A stretch of 64,000 bases of DNA from Acidimicrobiia bacterium (lineage in GTDB: Bacteria > Actinomycetota > Acidimicrobiia > Acidimicrobiales > Bin134). The notes beneath the pieces were generated by a model. The model did not search any database, was not told the DNA's origin, and was given only the letters and a program-made list of their open reading frames with translations. The stretch lies in assembly GCA_022825005.1 (NCBI GenBank), contig JAJDYU010000016.1, positions 4,604-68,603 of the forward strand. Reading direction: 5' to 3'. A program made the position numbers and the translations under genes. Shown piece by piece: positions 32,645 through 41,761 of this stretch (its first letter is position 1; every line of letters begins with the position of its first letter).

Positions 32645-33853
32645 TTAGCGGTAAGCGCCGGGGGTGGTGAGGGGTTTGCGGTACCAGCGGCGGGGGGTGG
32701 TGATGATGGACCGGGGGTAGTCCTCGAAGAGCCAGCGGGCGAAGTTTCGCCGGGTCCAGGGAGTGAGCCCTGCGATGCGCACGGCGCCCCGAGCGCCGGG
32801 GCGGGTGGCCAACACCCGGCCAAGCTGGCGGGCCATGCGATGGTCGGCGATCAGCTCCCTGCGCACAAAGCGGCGGTAGTTGGCCATTACCTGGTCGGCG
32901 TCTGATCCGCCGTCCAGTACGGCGTGGGCCGCGCCGATGCCGGTCAGCAGGGCCTGGGCGATGCCCTCGCCGCTCATAGGGTCGGTGGCCGCCGCGGCGT
33001 CGCCGGTGAACATGGTTCGGCGGGCGGTGAGCGCGATCTTGTCGATGCGGGCGGGAATGGGCCAGGCCCGATGGGACGTCTCGGGGGCGGCGCTGTTGCC
33101 CAGCACGGCCCGGATGTGGTCTCGCTCCAGAAGGTCTCGCCACAGCTTGCCCATTTCGCCCACCGCCACGGGGCCGCCGCGGCGCACGCCGAATCCCACG
33201 TTGGCCCGGCCGTCGGGGAGGGGAAACGACCAGACATAGCCGGGCAGGATCTCCTCCTCGAACCACACCCACAGGGCTCGGCTGGCCGGGGGAGCCACCC
33301 CTGACCAGTATTGGCGAAACGCATGCCAGTCGCCCCGATAGCCGTCGTGGGCCAATCCCAGGAACTTGCGGGTGGGCGACCACATCCCATCGGCGGCTAT
33401 GGCATATCGGGCGGTAACCGAGTCCGCTCCCTCAACCTCCAGAGTCACCCGGCCGCCGTTCTCGGAAGCCCCCTGGCAGGCGGCCCCCTCCACCAGCGCG
33501 GCACCCTCGGCCTTGGCCTGCTCCACCAGGGCGTTGTCCAGCTCGGCCCGGGGGACGACTGCGGCAAACTGCCCGCCCGATCGGGGCAAGGGGAACTCGA
33601 CGGTGCGTCCTGAGGGAGAGCGGATGCAGACGTCCTCCACGGGCATCCACGTGGAGATGGGGGTCGGGTCGAGCCCCAGGCCCTCAAGGAGCCTCAGCGC
33701 TCCGGCGGTGAGGCCGTCGCCGCACGCTTTGGGGCGGGGGAATCGGGCCTTGTCCACCATCACCACCCGCTGCCCGGCCCGAGCCAGGGTGATGGCCGCC
33801 GCGCAGCCAGCCGGCCCAGCCCCGATGACAGCCGTGTCCCAGTCGCCGCTCAT
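32645..33853 (-). CDS. geranylgeranyl-reductase-family FAD-dependent oxidoreductase
   Basis: 402 aa from the internal ATG 33853. WDTAVIGAGPAGCAAAITLARAG...KACGDGLT, GYVWSFPLPDGRANVGFG and TGDAAAATDPMSGEGI. Confidence 0.8.
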   Translation of the reverse strand: MSGDWDTAVIGAGPAGCAAAITLARAGQRVVMVDKARFPRPKACGDGLTAGALRLLEGLGLDPTPISTWMPVEDVCIRSPSGRTVEFPLPRSGGQFAAVVPRAELDNALVEQAKAEGAALVEGAACQGASENGGRVTLEVEGADSVTARYAIAADGMWSPTRKFLGLAHDGYRGDWHAFRQYWSGVAPPASRALWVWFEEEILPGYVWSFPLPDGRANVGFGVRRGGPVAVGEMGKLWRDLLERDHIRAVLGNSAAPETSHRAWPIPARIDKIALTARRTMFTGDAAAATDPMSGEGIAQALLTGIGAAHAVLDGGSDADQVMANYRRFVRRELIADHRMARQLGRVLATRPGARGAVRIAGLTPWTRRNFARWLFEDYPRSIITTPRRWYRKPLTTPGAYR

Positions 33854-33866
33854 CGGCTTGACCGGC

Positions 33867-35882
33867 TCATGCGCCCTGCCCTGCCGTCTGAGCGGGATCC
33901 AGGGTCTGCGATTGACCGGGTTGGGCCTCAGGATCCTGGGCCGGAGTCTCACCGGGTGCGGCCTCGGGGAGAACCGCTTCTCCGGGCTCCCCGTCTTCCC
34001 CGGGCGGAACAGCCTCTTCGGGATCTACCTCTTCCTCGGGAGGGGCAATGGTGCAGAGATCTGCCTTGTCGTCCTCATTGGTGTCGGTGGGCGCATGGGT
34101 GCCGGTGCAGTCTTCGGGGGCGATGCACACCACGGGCAGCCCCTGACCATCAAACTCCACCTCGCCATCTCCGTCGGCGTCCAAAGGCAGCACCGAAGAT
34201 GTGCACACTCCTTGGCAGTTGACTCCCTCTCGGGGCTGGTAGAGCGCGGTCACCGAGTCACGCAGAACAGTGCCGTCGGAGTAGGTCCGGCTGCGCTCGG
34301 TGGTCCGCAGGGTGCAGTGCCTCCTCGGGGAGTCGTAGCGGTTGGTCCACTCCACCTCGGCATAGGCGGTGGAGTACACGCTGACGGTCACGCTGCCGCT
34401 GGTCACGGTGGGCCACAGCAGCACCGCGTAGGGGTTGGGGTTGCGGAACTTGAAGTCGGGCTTGGGCCAGGAGATGGTGGCATCCACACCATCTCGGTAG
34501 CGGTCGATGTCGATGCTGTGAGCCTGGTATTCGGGGAACTCCATCCCGGCGTTGAAGGTGGCGGTGAACAGGGTGGTGATGAATTGGGAGATGCCCCCGC
34601 CCACGTCCTCGTCGTACACGCCCGCGTAGATGACCCCCGCAGACACAAACCCCTTTTCCTCGGTGCGCTCGCCCACGTAGCCGTTGACCGAGAAGGTCTC
34701 TCCCGGATACACCACCGCCCCCTGGAGCAGGTCGGCGATGCGGTGGATGTTGGAGACCCGGTCCTGACCCGGCGTGTAGTAGGTGGTGAAGCGCCCGGTG
34801 AGCTCCACGATCCCCCGTTCCTCCAGCCAGCTCTGGTCGTTCATCTCATCGGACTCCCGCAGCTCCAGCTCCACGGCCGGTTGCGGGGTTTCAAGGGCCG
34901 CCAGCACCTCTTGGGCCGCGCTCAACTCACAGCAGATGTAGGCGGGGACTTCGCTGACCAGCACCGGCACATCGTCTTGGATGGTGAGGATCGGCTCGGA
35001 CGCCACAGTGGCCACCTCGACGAACAGTTCGGCCAAATCCTCCTTTATCCGCTGCTGGTTGACACCGTAGGACCACAGGTCGTTCTCGGAGTGAAGTGTC
35101 AGCCAGGAGCGCAGCTGAGCCGGTTGCACTCGCTTGGTGACTCCCTCAACGGTCACCAGGATTCCCTGGTCGGTGCGCTGGTTGATCCAGTCCACCGTTT
35201 GGAGCATCTCCTCTTCGCCCAGCTCGGGCGGAATCAGGCGCACTTCGGCCTCGACCCTCAAAGGATCGTCGCCCCGGATGGCGGACTCCAGCAATTGGGG
35301 GAGCGCCGGCGACAGGTCGGCGACCTCGCCGGGGACGCCGGGGGCAACCTGGAATATGCCGTTTTCCAGCACGATGTGCGGATCAGCCGGGGCTCGATGC
35401 AGCTCGGCCTCCAGGCGCGCCACCTGGCTGGCGTTTGCCGACAACGTGATCAGCAGCTCGGAGCGCGAGCTCTCGAAGAACGAGGCCGTCCACCCGATGG
35501 GATTGCCCGTCCCGCTGTCCAATTCCATGATCGCCGCCACTGTGCCCTCCACATCCACCGCCAGCCCGGTGTCGGCGGCAGTCACGGTGATGGCCTGACT
35601 GGGGGTGGCGATCTCCACCGGGGTCTGCTGAAAGCGCTCGGCCAGATCAACGACCACCGCGGTCACGTCTTCCTCGCTCAAGCCGCCGATGTCGATGCTG
35701 GCGTCGGAGACGATTGGGCTCTCGATCCTCAAACCACGGGGAGTCCGGTCACCGCTGCCGGAGTAGTCGATCAGCCAGATCAGCAGCCAGACCACCAGTA
35801 TCAGAACGGGCACGAACATGATGACCCACACCCAAATCGGGCGGGGAGGCCGGCGCAGTCGAAGTGGCGGTTGGCGATCCAT
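33867..35882 (-). CDS. membrane-anchored VanW-domain protein with acidic Pro/Glu-rich C-terminal tail
   Basis: N-terminal TM helix (IWVWVIMFVPVLILVVWLLIWLI). VanW core GGGISQFITTLFTATFNAGMEFPEYQAHS. The last ~130 aa are Cys-containing and acidic. Confidence 0.75.
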   Translation of the reverse strand: MDRQPPLRLRRPPRPIWVWVIMFVPVLILVVWLLIWLIDYSGSGDRTPRGLRIESPIVSDASIDIGGLSEEDVTAVVVDLAERFQQTPVEIATPSQAITVTAADTGLAVDVEGTVAAIMELDSGTGNPIGWTASFFESSRSELLITLSANASQVARLEAELHRAPADPHIVLENGIFQVAPGVPGEVADLSPALPQLLESAIRGDDPLRVEAEVRLIPPELGEEEMLQTVDWINQRTDQGILVTVEGVTKRVQPAQLRSWLTLHSENDLWSYGVNQQRIKEDLAELFVEVATVASEPILTIQDDVPVLVSEVPAYICCELSAAQEVLAALETPQPAVELELRESDEMNDQSWLEERGIVELTGRFTTYYTPGQDRVSNIHRIADLLQGAVVYPGETFSVNGYVGERTEEKGFVSAGVIYAGVYDEDVGGGISQFITTLFTATFNAGMEFPEYQAHSIDIDRYRDGVDATISWPKPDFKFRNPNPYAVLLWPTVTSGSVTVSVYSTAYAEVEWTNRYDSPRRHCTLRTTERSRTYSDGTVLRDSVTALYQPREGVNCQGVCTSSVLPLDADGDGEVEFDGQGLPVVCIAPEDCTGTHAPTDTNEDDKADLCTIAPPEEEVDPEEAVPPGEDGEPGEAVLPEAAPGETPAQDPEAQPGQSQTLDPAQTAGQGA

Positions 35883-35954
35883 GGGGATTAGGGGATCGTA
35901 GTGGGATCGCCATTCCCATCAGGTTCGGGTGGGAGAGCAGTCACGGGCGGACTT

Positions 35955-36614
35955 CTAGAACAGCCTGGTTTGGTCGGGCTCGATGCCCCGGAGCTGGTCG
36001 TAGTCGATCTCTACGCACTCGATGCCCCGGTCGGTTCCGAGAGCCCGGGCTTGGGGGCGGATGACCTGGGCGGCGAGCATGCCCTGAACCGGCGCCAGGG
36101 CCGGATCTTGGTTCAAGAACTGGAGGTATCGGGTTAGCTGCTCAACACCGGCGATCTCCCCACGCCGCTTCACCTCCACGGCGATGGCGTTGCCCTCGGC
36201 GTCGCGGCACAGCAGGTCTACCGGGCCGATATCGGTGGGGTATTCCCGCCGCACCAGCCGGAACCCGTCTCCCAGAACGTGGGGCGACGCGGCCAGCAGC
36301 TCCTGGAGGTGGGCCTCCACTCCGTCTTTGTCCAAGCCGGGGTCGTGGCCCAGATCGTGGTCTGTGTCTGATATCAGCTCGTAAATGGTGATGGTCAGCT
36401 TCTCGCCCGCCGGGTTGACCACCGTCCAGACGCCGTCCTCCTCCGACAGCCGGTTGGGGGCGTTCATCCAATTCAGCGGCTTGTAGGCGCCGCCGTCGGC
36501 GTGGATGGCCACACAGCCGTCGGCCTTGATCATTATGAGCCGCACCGCTTCGGGCAGGTGCGCGGCCAACCGCCCGTCGTAGTCCACCGAGCATCGAGCG
36601 ATCACCAGCCGCAC
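35955..36614 (-). CDS. nucS: endonuclease NucS (EndoMS mismatch endonuclease)
   Basis: The N-terminus is [51 protein letters not shown] RecB-like C-terminal domain follows ([24 protein letters not shown]). Confidence 0.9.
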   Translation of the reverse strand: MRLVIARCSVDYDGRLAAHLPEAVRLIMIKADGCVAIHADGGAYKPLNWMNAPNRLSEEDGVWTVVNPAGEKLTITIYELISDTDHDLGHDPGLDKDGVEAHLQELLAASPHVLGDGFRLVRREYPTDIGPVDLLCRDAEGNAIAVEVKRRGEIAGVEQLTRYLQFLNQDPALAPVQGMLAAQVIRPQARALGTDRGIECVEIDYDQLRGIEPDQTRLF

Positions 36615-36649
36615 AGTGGCTCAAATCTACGGGGACGAAGGGACGGCGT

Positions 36650-37378
36650 TCACTTGGCCACCACTGCGTCGGCCCAGTCGGGGTGGCAGATGACGAAGTC
36701 GGACATATAGGTGTCCGACTGGTTGAAGCTCAGCTCGTCGCCGTTGAGACGCGACACGTGCAGACCGGCAGCCGCCGCCACCGCCGCCGGGGCGCACAGA
36801 TCCCACTCGTGCAGCCCCGAGGCGTGGGCGTACACCTCGGCTTGACCGCAGACCACGGCGGCGGCCTTGGCGCCGGCGGAGCCCATTTGCACGATGGTGC
36901 CCCCGATGTCGTCGGCGATGCGGCGGGCCAGGCGTCCGGGCCGGCTCCGGCTGGTGATGACCCGGGGCTGGGCCGCGGCCACCGGCATGGGGGGAGCGGG
37001 CTCGGTGGCCAGAGTGATCTTCTGGGCGGGCAGAGCCACCGCCCCGGCGATGGGCTTGTCGTCGGAAACCAGGGCCACGTGGACGGCCCAGTCGGTGCGG
37101 CCGGGGATGGAGAACTCCCGAGTTCCGTCAAGCGGGTCCACGATCCATACTCGGCTGTGCTCTAGTCGACGGCGGTTGTCAATCGACTCCTCTGACAGCA
37201 CCAAGTCGTCTGGACGGTGCTGGTGGAGGGCATTGGCGATGAATTCGTGGGCCAGGGCATCGCCTCGGGCCCCGACGGCGAACGGGGCCAACCGCTGATC
37301 GCTCAGCTCGGCCCGCAGTTCAACCAGCAGCTCGCCCGCCTTCCAAGCCAGGTGAGCGGCGAGTTGGTGGTCGTTCAC
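36650..37378 (-). CDS. cysQ: 3'(2'),5'-bisphosphate nucleotidase (CysQ-type IMPase-fold phosphatase)
   Basis: GTG start at 37378 overlaps the upstream stop (GTGA). WIVDPLDGTREF...DWAVHVALV...SRSRP...GSAGAKAAAV...EWDLCAPAAV resembles actinobacterial CysQ. Confidence 0.7.
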   Translation of the reverse strand: MNDHQLAAHLAWKAGELLVELRAELSDQRLAPFAVGARGDALAHEFIANALHQHRPDDLVLSEESIDNRRRLEHSRVWIVDPLDGTREFSIPGRTDWAVHVALVSDDKPIAGAVALPAQKITLATEPAPPMPVAAAQPRVITSRSRPGRLARRIADDIGGTIVQMGSAGAKAAAVVCGQAEVYAHASGLHEWDLCAPAAVAAAAGLHVSRLNGDELSFNQSDTYMSDFVICHPDWADAVVAK

Positions 37379-38160
37379 GGCCTTTGCGATATCTCGAGCA
37401 GGTCCATTACCTGATCGCAAAGGCCGGGGGCTACGGCGATGAAGCCGTCCATCAGCGGGTCGGCCCGGTTGAACACCACGTCGGTACCGTCGGTTCCGAA
37501 AACCCGTCCGCCGCCGGCCCTCACCAGCGCGGCCCCGCCGGCCACGTCCCACTCGTTCTTCGGCACCAGCGTCCAGGTGGCGTCGGCCAGCCCGGCGCCC
37601 ACCAGGCTCAGCTTGTAGGCCACTGAGCCCATGTTCCGCACCGCGATCGGTGTGGAGAAGAAGCGCTCCCACTCGCCTCGCTTCACCTCACTGCGGGAGG
37701 CCAGTACCAGCGCACCGCGGATATCGGTGGTGGCGGTCGTGCCCGCAGGTTGTCCGTTGCACACCACGCCGGTGTCGTCCGATCCGATGATCAGGTGCCC
37801 GTTTGGCGGGCTCAGCACGCCCCCGGCCACTGGCACTCCGTCTTCCACTAGCCCGACGGAAACGCACCACTCGGGGATGCCGTCGATGAACTCCCGGGTG
37901 CCGTCGATGGGGTCCACCACCCATACCCGGCGCCGATCAAGGCGCCCCCCGGCGTCGGTGGTCTCCTCCGACAGCCAGCCCTCGTCGCCCCCCCGCAGCA
38001 CTTTGGCCAGTACCTCGTTGACTGCGGTGTCGGCCGCGGTCAGCGGGTCGCCACCGTCCTTCAGCTCCGATGCGATCTCTCCGGGGGTGAATCGCTCCAG
38101 CACCTCTTCGGCCGCCGATAGCGCCTCGGCAATCCGCTCAAGATCGTCGGAGCGCGACAC
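37375..38160 (-). CDS. second CysQ/IMPase-family phosphatase paralogue
   Basis: WVVDPIDGTREF...LASRSEVKRGE...GSVAYKLSLVGAGLADATW...EWDVAGGAALV is collinear by eye with E. coli CysQ (SRSH...GSSLKFCLVAEG...IWDTAAGHAV). Confidence 0.7.
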   Translation of the reverse strand: MSRSDDLERIAEALSAAEEVLERFTPGEIASELKDGGDPLTAADTAVNEVLAKVLRGGDEGWLSEETTDAGGRLDRRRVWVVDPIDGTREFIDGIPEWCVSVGLVEDGVPVAGGVLSPPNGHLIIGSDDTGVVCNGQPAGTTATTDIRGALVLASRSEVKRGEWERFFSTPIAVRNMGSVAYKLSLVGAGLADATWTLVPKNEWDVAGGAALVRAGGGRVFGTDGTDVVFNRADPLMDGFIAVAPGLCDQVMDLLEISQRP

Positions 38161-38161
38161 C

Positions 38162-39889
38162 TCAGTCGCCGATCGGTTCGAGGTACCCCTCGGCTTCCAA
38201 GTGGTCGATGATTATCTGGGCCTCTTCATCGGGAGTCTGGTCCACGGTCGGCAGCACGACGTCGGCGTCGATGGGCTCCTCGTAGGGGTCGGAGATGCCG
38301 GTGAATTCCTTGATGATGCCGGCCCGGGCCTTGGCGTATAGGCCCTTGCGGTCCCGCTCCTCGCACACCTCCAGCGGTGTTGACACGTGTACCAGCACGT
38401 AGCCGCCGTTGGCCGAGATGGCCTCCCGGTTGCGGCGTCGGGGCTCGGCGTAGGGGGCGATCGGCGCGCAGATGGCGATGCCGCCGTGCTTGGTGATCTC
38501 CGAGGCCACGTACCCGATGCGGGTGATGTTGATGTCGCGGTGCTCCTTGGAGAACCCCAGCTCAGAAGACAGGTTGGTGCGCACCACATCGCCGTCCAGC
38601 AGGGTAACCGGCCGCCCGCCCCGCTCCAGCAGCTTGGACATGAGCGCGTTGGCGATGGTGGATTTGCCCGAGCCGCTGAGACCGGTGAAGAACACGGTGA
38701 ATCCCTGCTTGGACTTCTGCGGGTGGGTGCGGCGCAACTCGGCCACCACCTCGGGGTAGCTGAACCACTCGGGAATGTCCTCGCCCGACGCCAGTCGGTC
38801 GCGCAGCTCGGTGCCGCTGATGCTGAGCGTGGCCGTACCCTCGCCCACCTCGTCCACCGGGTGGTAGCTGTCGCTGTCGGGGACGTACACCATCATCTTG
38901 AACGGCACCATGGTCACGCCGAGCTCGTCGGTGTAGTCCTGCAACATGTCTTGGGCGTCGTAGGGGCCGTAGAAGGGGTTGCCGGAGGCGTCGGAGCCCG
39001 GTCCGGCGTGGTCTCGGCCCACGATGAAGTGGGACACCCCGTGGTTCTTGCGGATGATGGCGTGCCACACCGCTTCTCGGGGTCCACCCATCCGCATGGC
39101 CAGCGGCAGCATGGCCAGCATGGCCGAGTTTTCTGGGTAGCGCCTGATGATGTGCTGGTACACGCGGCCCCGGGTGTAGTGGTCCACATCTCCGGGCTTG
39201 GTCATGCCCACCACCGGGTGGATCAATAGGTTGGCGTCGGCCTCTATTGCGGCCCTTCTGGTGAGCTCCACGTGGGCCCGGTGCATCGGGTTGCGGGTTT
39301 GGAAGGCCACCACCCGGCTCCACCCCGCCGCATCGAATTCGGACCGCAGCTGGGCCGGGGTGCGCCGCAGCTCGGTGAAGTCATAGTGGACCGGAAGTTG
39401 CAGACCCTGCACCGACCCGCCGATGTAGACCGGTGCGGTGCTTCTCATGAGGTGGCCCACGCCGGGGTGATCGGGGTCGGAGCTGGCGAACACCGCTTCG
39501 GCCTCCGCCATGGTGTCGGGCCGCCACACGTCGCTAACGGTGAGCACCGCCAGCATGACCCCCTCCACGTCTCGCAATGCCAGCCGACCAGCGTCCTGGG
39601 CCGCTTCAGCCGTCTTGGCATCCACATCCAGGGTGATGGGCATCGGCCACAGCGTCCCGTCGGCCAATCGCATCTCGGAGCACACCCGCTCGTAATCGGC
39701 TTGGCCCATGAATCCCCGAAGCGGGGAAAAGCCGCCGTTCAACAGCAGCTCAAGGTCGCAGAGGTGACGGGGTTGGAGGGTGAACGACGGAAGGTCGCGC
39801 GAATCTGTCTTGAGATTCTCGGCGGTGGCGCCGTCGACCATCAGATCGACCAGCTCACCACCATGGGGTTGGATCAGATTTGAAGCCAC
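38162..39889 (-). CDS. bifunctional sulfate adenylyltransferase / adenylylsulfate kinase (PAPS synthase)
   Basis: ATP-sulfurylase motifs QTRNPMHRAHVELT and HFIVGRDHAG. The C-terminal APS-kinase domain has an intact P-loop (FFTGLSGSGKSTIANAL). Confidence 0.9.
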   Translation of the reverse strand: MASNLIQPHGGELVDLMVDGATAENLKTDSRDLPSFTLQPRHLCDLELLLNGGFSPLRGFMGQADYERVCSEMRLADGTLWPMPITLDVDAKTAEAAQDAGRLALRDVEGVMLAVLTVSDVWRPDTMAEAEAVFASSDPDHPGVGHLMRSTAPVYIGGSVQGLQLPVHYDFTELRRTPAQLRSEFDAAGWSRVVAFQTRNPMHRAHVELTRRAAIEADANLLIHPVVGMTKPGDVDHYTRGRVYQHIIRRYPENSAMLAMLPLAMRMGGPREAVWHAIIRKNHGVSHFIVGRDHAGPGSDASGNPFYGPYDAQDMLQDYTDELGVTMVPFKMMVYVPDSDSYHPVDEVGEGTATLSISGTELRDRLASGEDIPEWFSYPEVVAELRRTHPQKSKQGFTVFFTGLSGSGKSTIANALMSKLLERGGRPVTLLDGDVVRTNLSSELGFSKEHRDINITRIGYVASEITKHGGIAICAPIAPYAEPRRRNREAISANGGYVLVHVSTPLEVCEERDRKGLYAKARAGIIKEFTGISDPYEEPIDADVVLPTVDQTPDEEAQIIIDHLEAEGYLEPIGD

Positions 39890-39993
39890 GGGGGTATTTC
39901 ATATCGCAGGACGGCCGCGTTTAAGCCATCAAGCCACCAATCAGGGGCAAACCACGCTGTCATTTCACCAACGGACCCGTACGATTTCGTCCG

Positions 39994-41751
39994 ATGGATG
40001 GCGATGCGGTGCTCACCGTCGCGGTGTTGGCGGTTATGGGCGTCGGGCTCATCAGCAACCGGCTCTCGCCCGCAGCGGGGGTGCTGGGTGCCACCGGTGG
40101 CTTGTTCCTGTTGCGAGTGATCGACGCCGACCAGGCTTTCCGCGGGTTTGCCAACCCCGCTCCCATCACCATCGGGGCGTTGTATGTGGTGGCCGGCGCG
40201 GTGACCAAGACCAACGCCTTGCAGCCCATGGTGGCCCGAATGCTGGACCAGGGATCTCGAACGCGGGTGTCGTTGTTCCGGTTGCTGACCCCGGCCAGCG
40301 CTGCCTCAGCGTTCCTGGCCAACACGCCCATCGTGGCCATGCTGGTGCCCGCGGTTAGGGGCTGGACAGAGCGCTATGGCCGGGCCGCCTCCCGGTTCCT
40401 GATTCCTTTGTCGTACGCCACCATTTTGGGCGGGGCGATCACCGCTATCGGCACCAGTACCAACCTGGTGCTGGGCGGCCTGTTGCAGTCGGTGGGCTAC
40501 GACGAACTGGAGATGTTCGAGCTGGCCCGATTCGGCTTGCCACTGGCCGGAGCCGGACTCGTTCTCATTGTTGTCGCTGCCCCCTGGCTGTTGCCCGAAC
40601 GGCGAGATCCCGAGGCGACGGGCGAGGGCCGTTCCTATTTGGTGTCGATGGAGGTGGTCGCCCAGGGGGCGTTCGACGGGCAGTCGGTGGAAGCCGGGGG
40701 ACTGCGCCACCTCCAAGGAGTGTTTCTGGTGGAGGTCGAAAGGCAGGCCACGGTGATCGCCCCAGTGGCTCCGACGTTCGTGCTCCGAGGCGGCGATCGG
40801 CTGACGTTTGCCGGGCGGGTGGATTTGGTGGTGGACCTCCAGGCCATGTCGGGGCTGGTCTCGGCCGAGGATCCCCACCTGGAGGCGGTTGACTCCGACG
40901 ACCACACGTTCTTTGAGGCGGTAGTAGGGGCGGCTTCGCCTCTCAGCGGGCGGACACTGGCCGAGGCCGGTTTCCGGGGCCGCTACCAGGCCGCGGTAGT
41001 GGGTATCCACCGCTCGGGTGCGCCGGTGGAGGCCAAGTTCGGCCAGGTCCGTCTGCGCACCGGCGACACCCTGCTGGTGCTGGCCGCCGATGGGTTCGAC
41101 GAGCGGTGGCGCAACCACAACGACTTCCTGCTGGTATCGCGATTGGGCGGGTCGCCGCCGAGGCCCAGCCGGCGGGCGCCGGTGGCGCTGGCCGCAGTGG
41201 TGGCCCTGGTGGTGCTGCCCGCCACAGGGGTGCTGAGCGTGTTGGAGGCGGCGCTGATTGCGGCGGGAGCGGTGGTTGTTGGCGGGTTGCTCACCCCCCG
41301 GGAGGCCCGGGAGGCGGTGGACTTCAGCGTGCTCATCACCATCGGAGCGGCGTTCGGCCTGGGCGCGGCACTGGACGAGGCTGGTTTGGCCGAGGACTTG
41401 GCCGACGGCATCGTCACCGGCTTCGACTTCCTGGGCGACGCCGGGGTGGTGCTGGGCATTGTGATCGCCACAATGCTGCTCACCGAGCTGATCACCAACG
41501 TGGCCGCGGTGGCCCTGGTGTTCCCGGTTGCTCTGGAGGCGGCTGCTCAGTCCGGTTTGGATCCCCGCACTTTGGCGCTCGGGGTGGCGGTAGCTGCTTC
41601 CGCCTCGTTCCTGACCCCCATCGGCTATCAGACCAACACCATGGTGTATGGCCCGGGCCGCTATCGCTTCACCGACTATCTCCGGTTGGGGGTGCCGATG
41701 TCGCTGCTCACCCTGGTGCTGCTCACCGCCTTGGTGGCGGCCGCAGCCTGA
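39994..41751 (+). CDS. SLC13/DASS-type anion permease with two central TrkA-C (RCK_C)-like domains
   Basis: 585 aa. Hydrophobic helix bundles at both ends flank two soluble repeats (VEVVAQGAFDGQSVEAGGLRHLQGVFLVEVER... and FFEAVVGAASPLSGRTLAEAGFRGRYQAAVVGIHR...). Divergent from sat::cysC. Confidence 0.75.
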   Translation: MDGDAVLTVAVLAVMGVGLISNRLSPAAGVLGATGGLFLLRVIDADQAFRGFANPAPITIGALYVVAGAVTKTNALQPMVARMLDQGSRTRVSLFRLLTPASAASAFLANTPIVAMLVPAVRGWTERYGRAASRFLIPLSYATILGGAITAIGTSTNLVLGGLLQSVGYDELEMFELARFGLPLAGAGLVLIVVAAPWLLPERRDPEATGEGRSYLVSMEVVAQGAFDGQSVEAGGLRHLQGVFLVEVERQATVIAPVAPTFVLRGGDRLTFAGRVDLVVDLQAMSGLVSAEDPHLEAVDSDDHTFFEAVVGAASPLSGRTLAEAGFRGRYQAAVVGIHRSGAPVEAKFGQVRLRTGDTLLVLAADGFDERWRNHNDFLLVSRLGGSPPRPSRRAPVALAAVVALVVLPATGVLSVLEAALIAAGAVVVGGLLTPREAREAVDFSVLITIGAAFGLGAALDEAGLAEDLADGIVTGFDFLGDAGVVLGIVIATMLLTELITNVAAVALVFPVALEAAAQSGLDPRTLALGVAVAASASFLTPIGYQTNTMVYGPGRYRFTDYLRLGVPMSLLTLVLLTALVAAAA

Positions 41752-41761
41752 CCTTGGCGGC

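Noticed and set aside
31711-32823. N-terminal extensions of several track ORFs (31711-32823, 32645-33952, 36650-37672, 25385-25918, 43354-44235, 23223-23711, 55376-56953).
   Set aside because: The extensions are Pro/Arg/Gly-rich and overlap upstream genes. Internal ATG or GTG starts coincide with domain starts and with stop-start coupling, so the shorter models were used.
33366-35891. The longest ORF in the track (841 aa, + strand).
   Set aside because: It lies antisense to the GGR and VanW genes. Its composition is Gly/Arg/His/Leu/Val-rich with no recognisable motif, whereas the minus-strand frames carry clear FAD-binding and VanW signatures. This is a typical high-GC antisense artefact.
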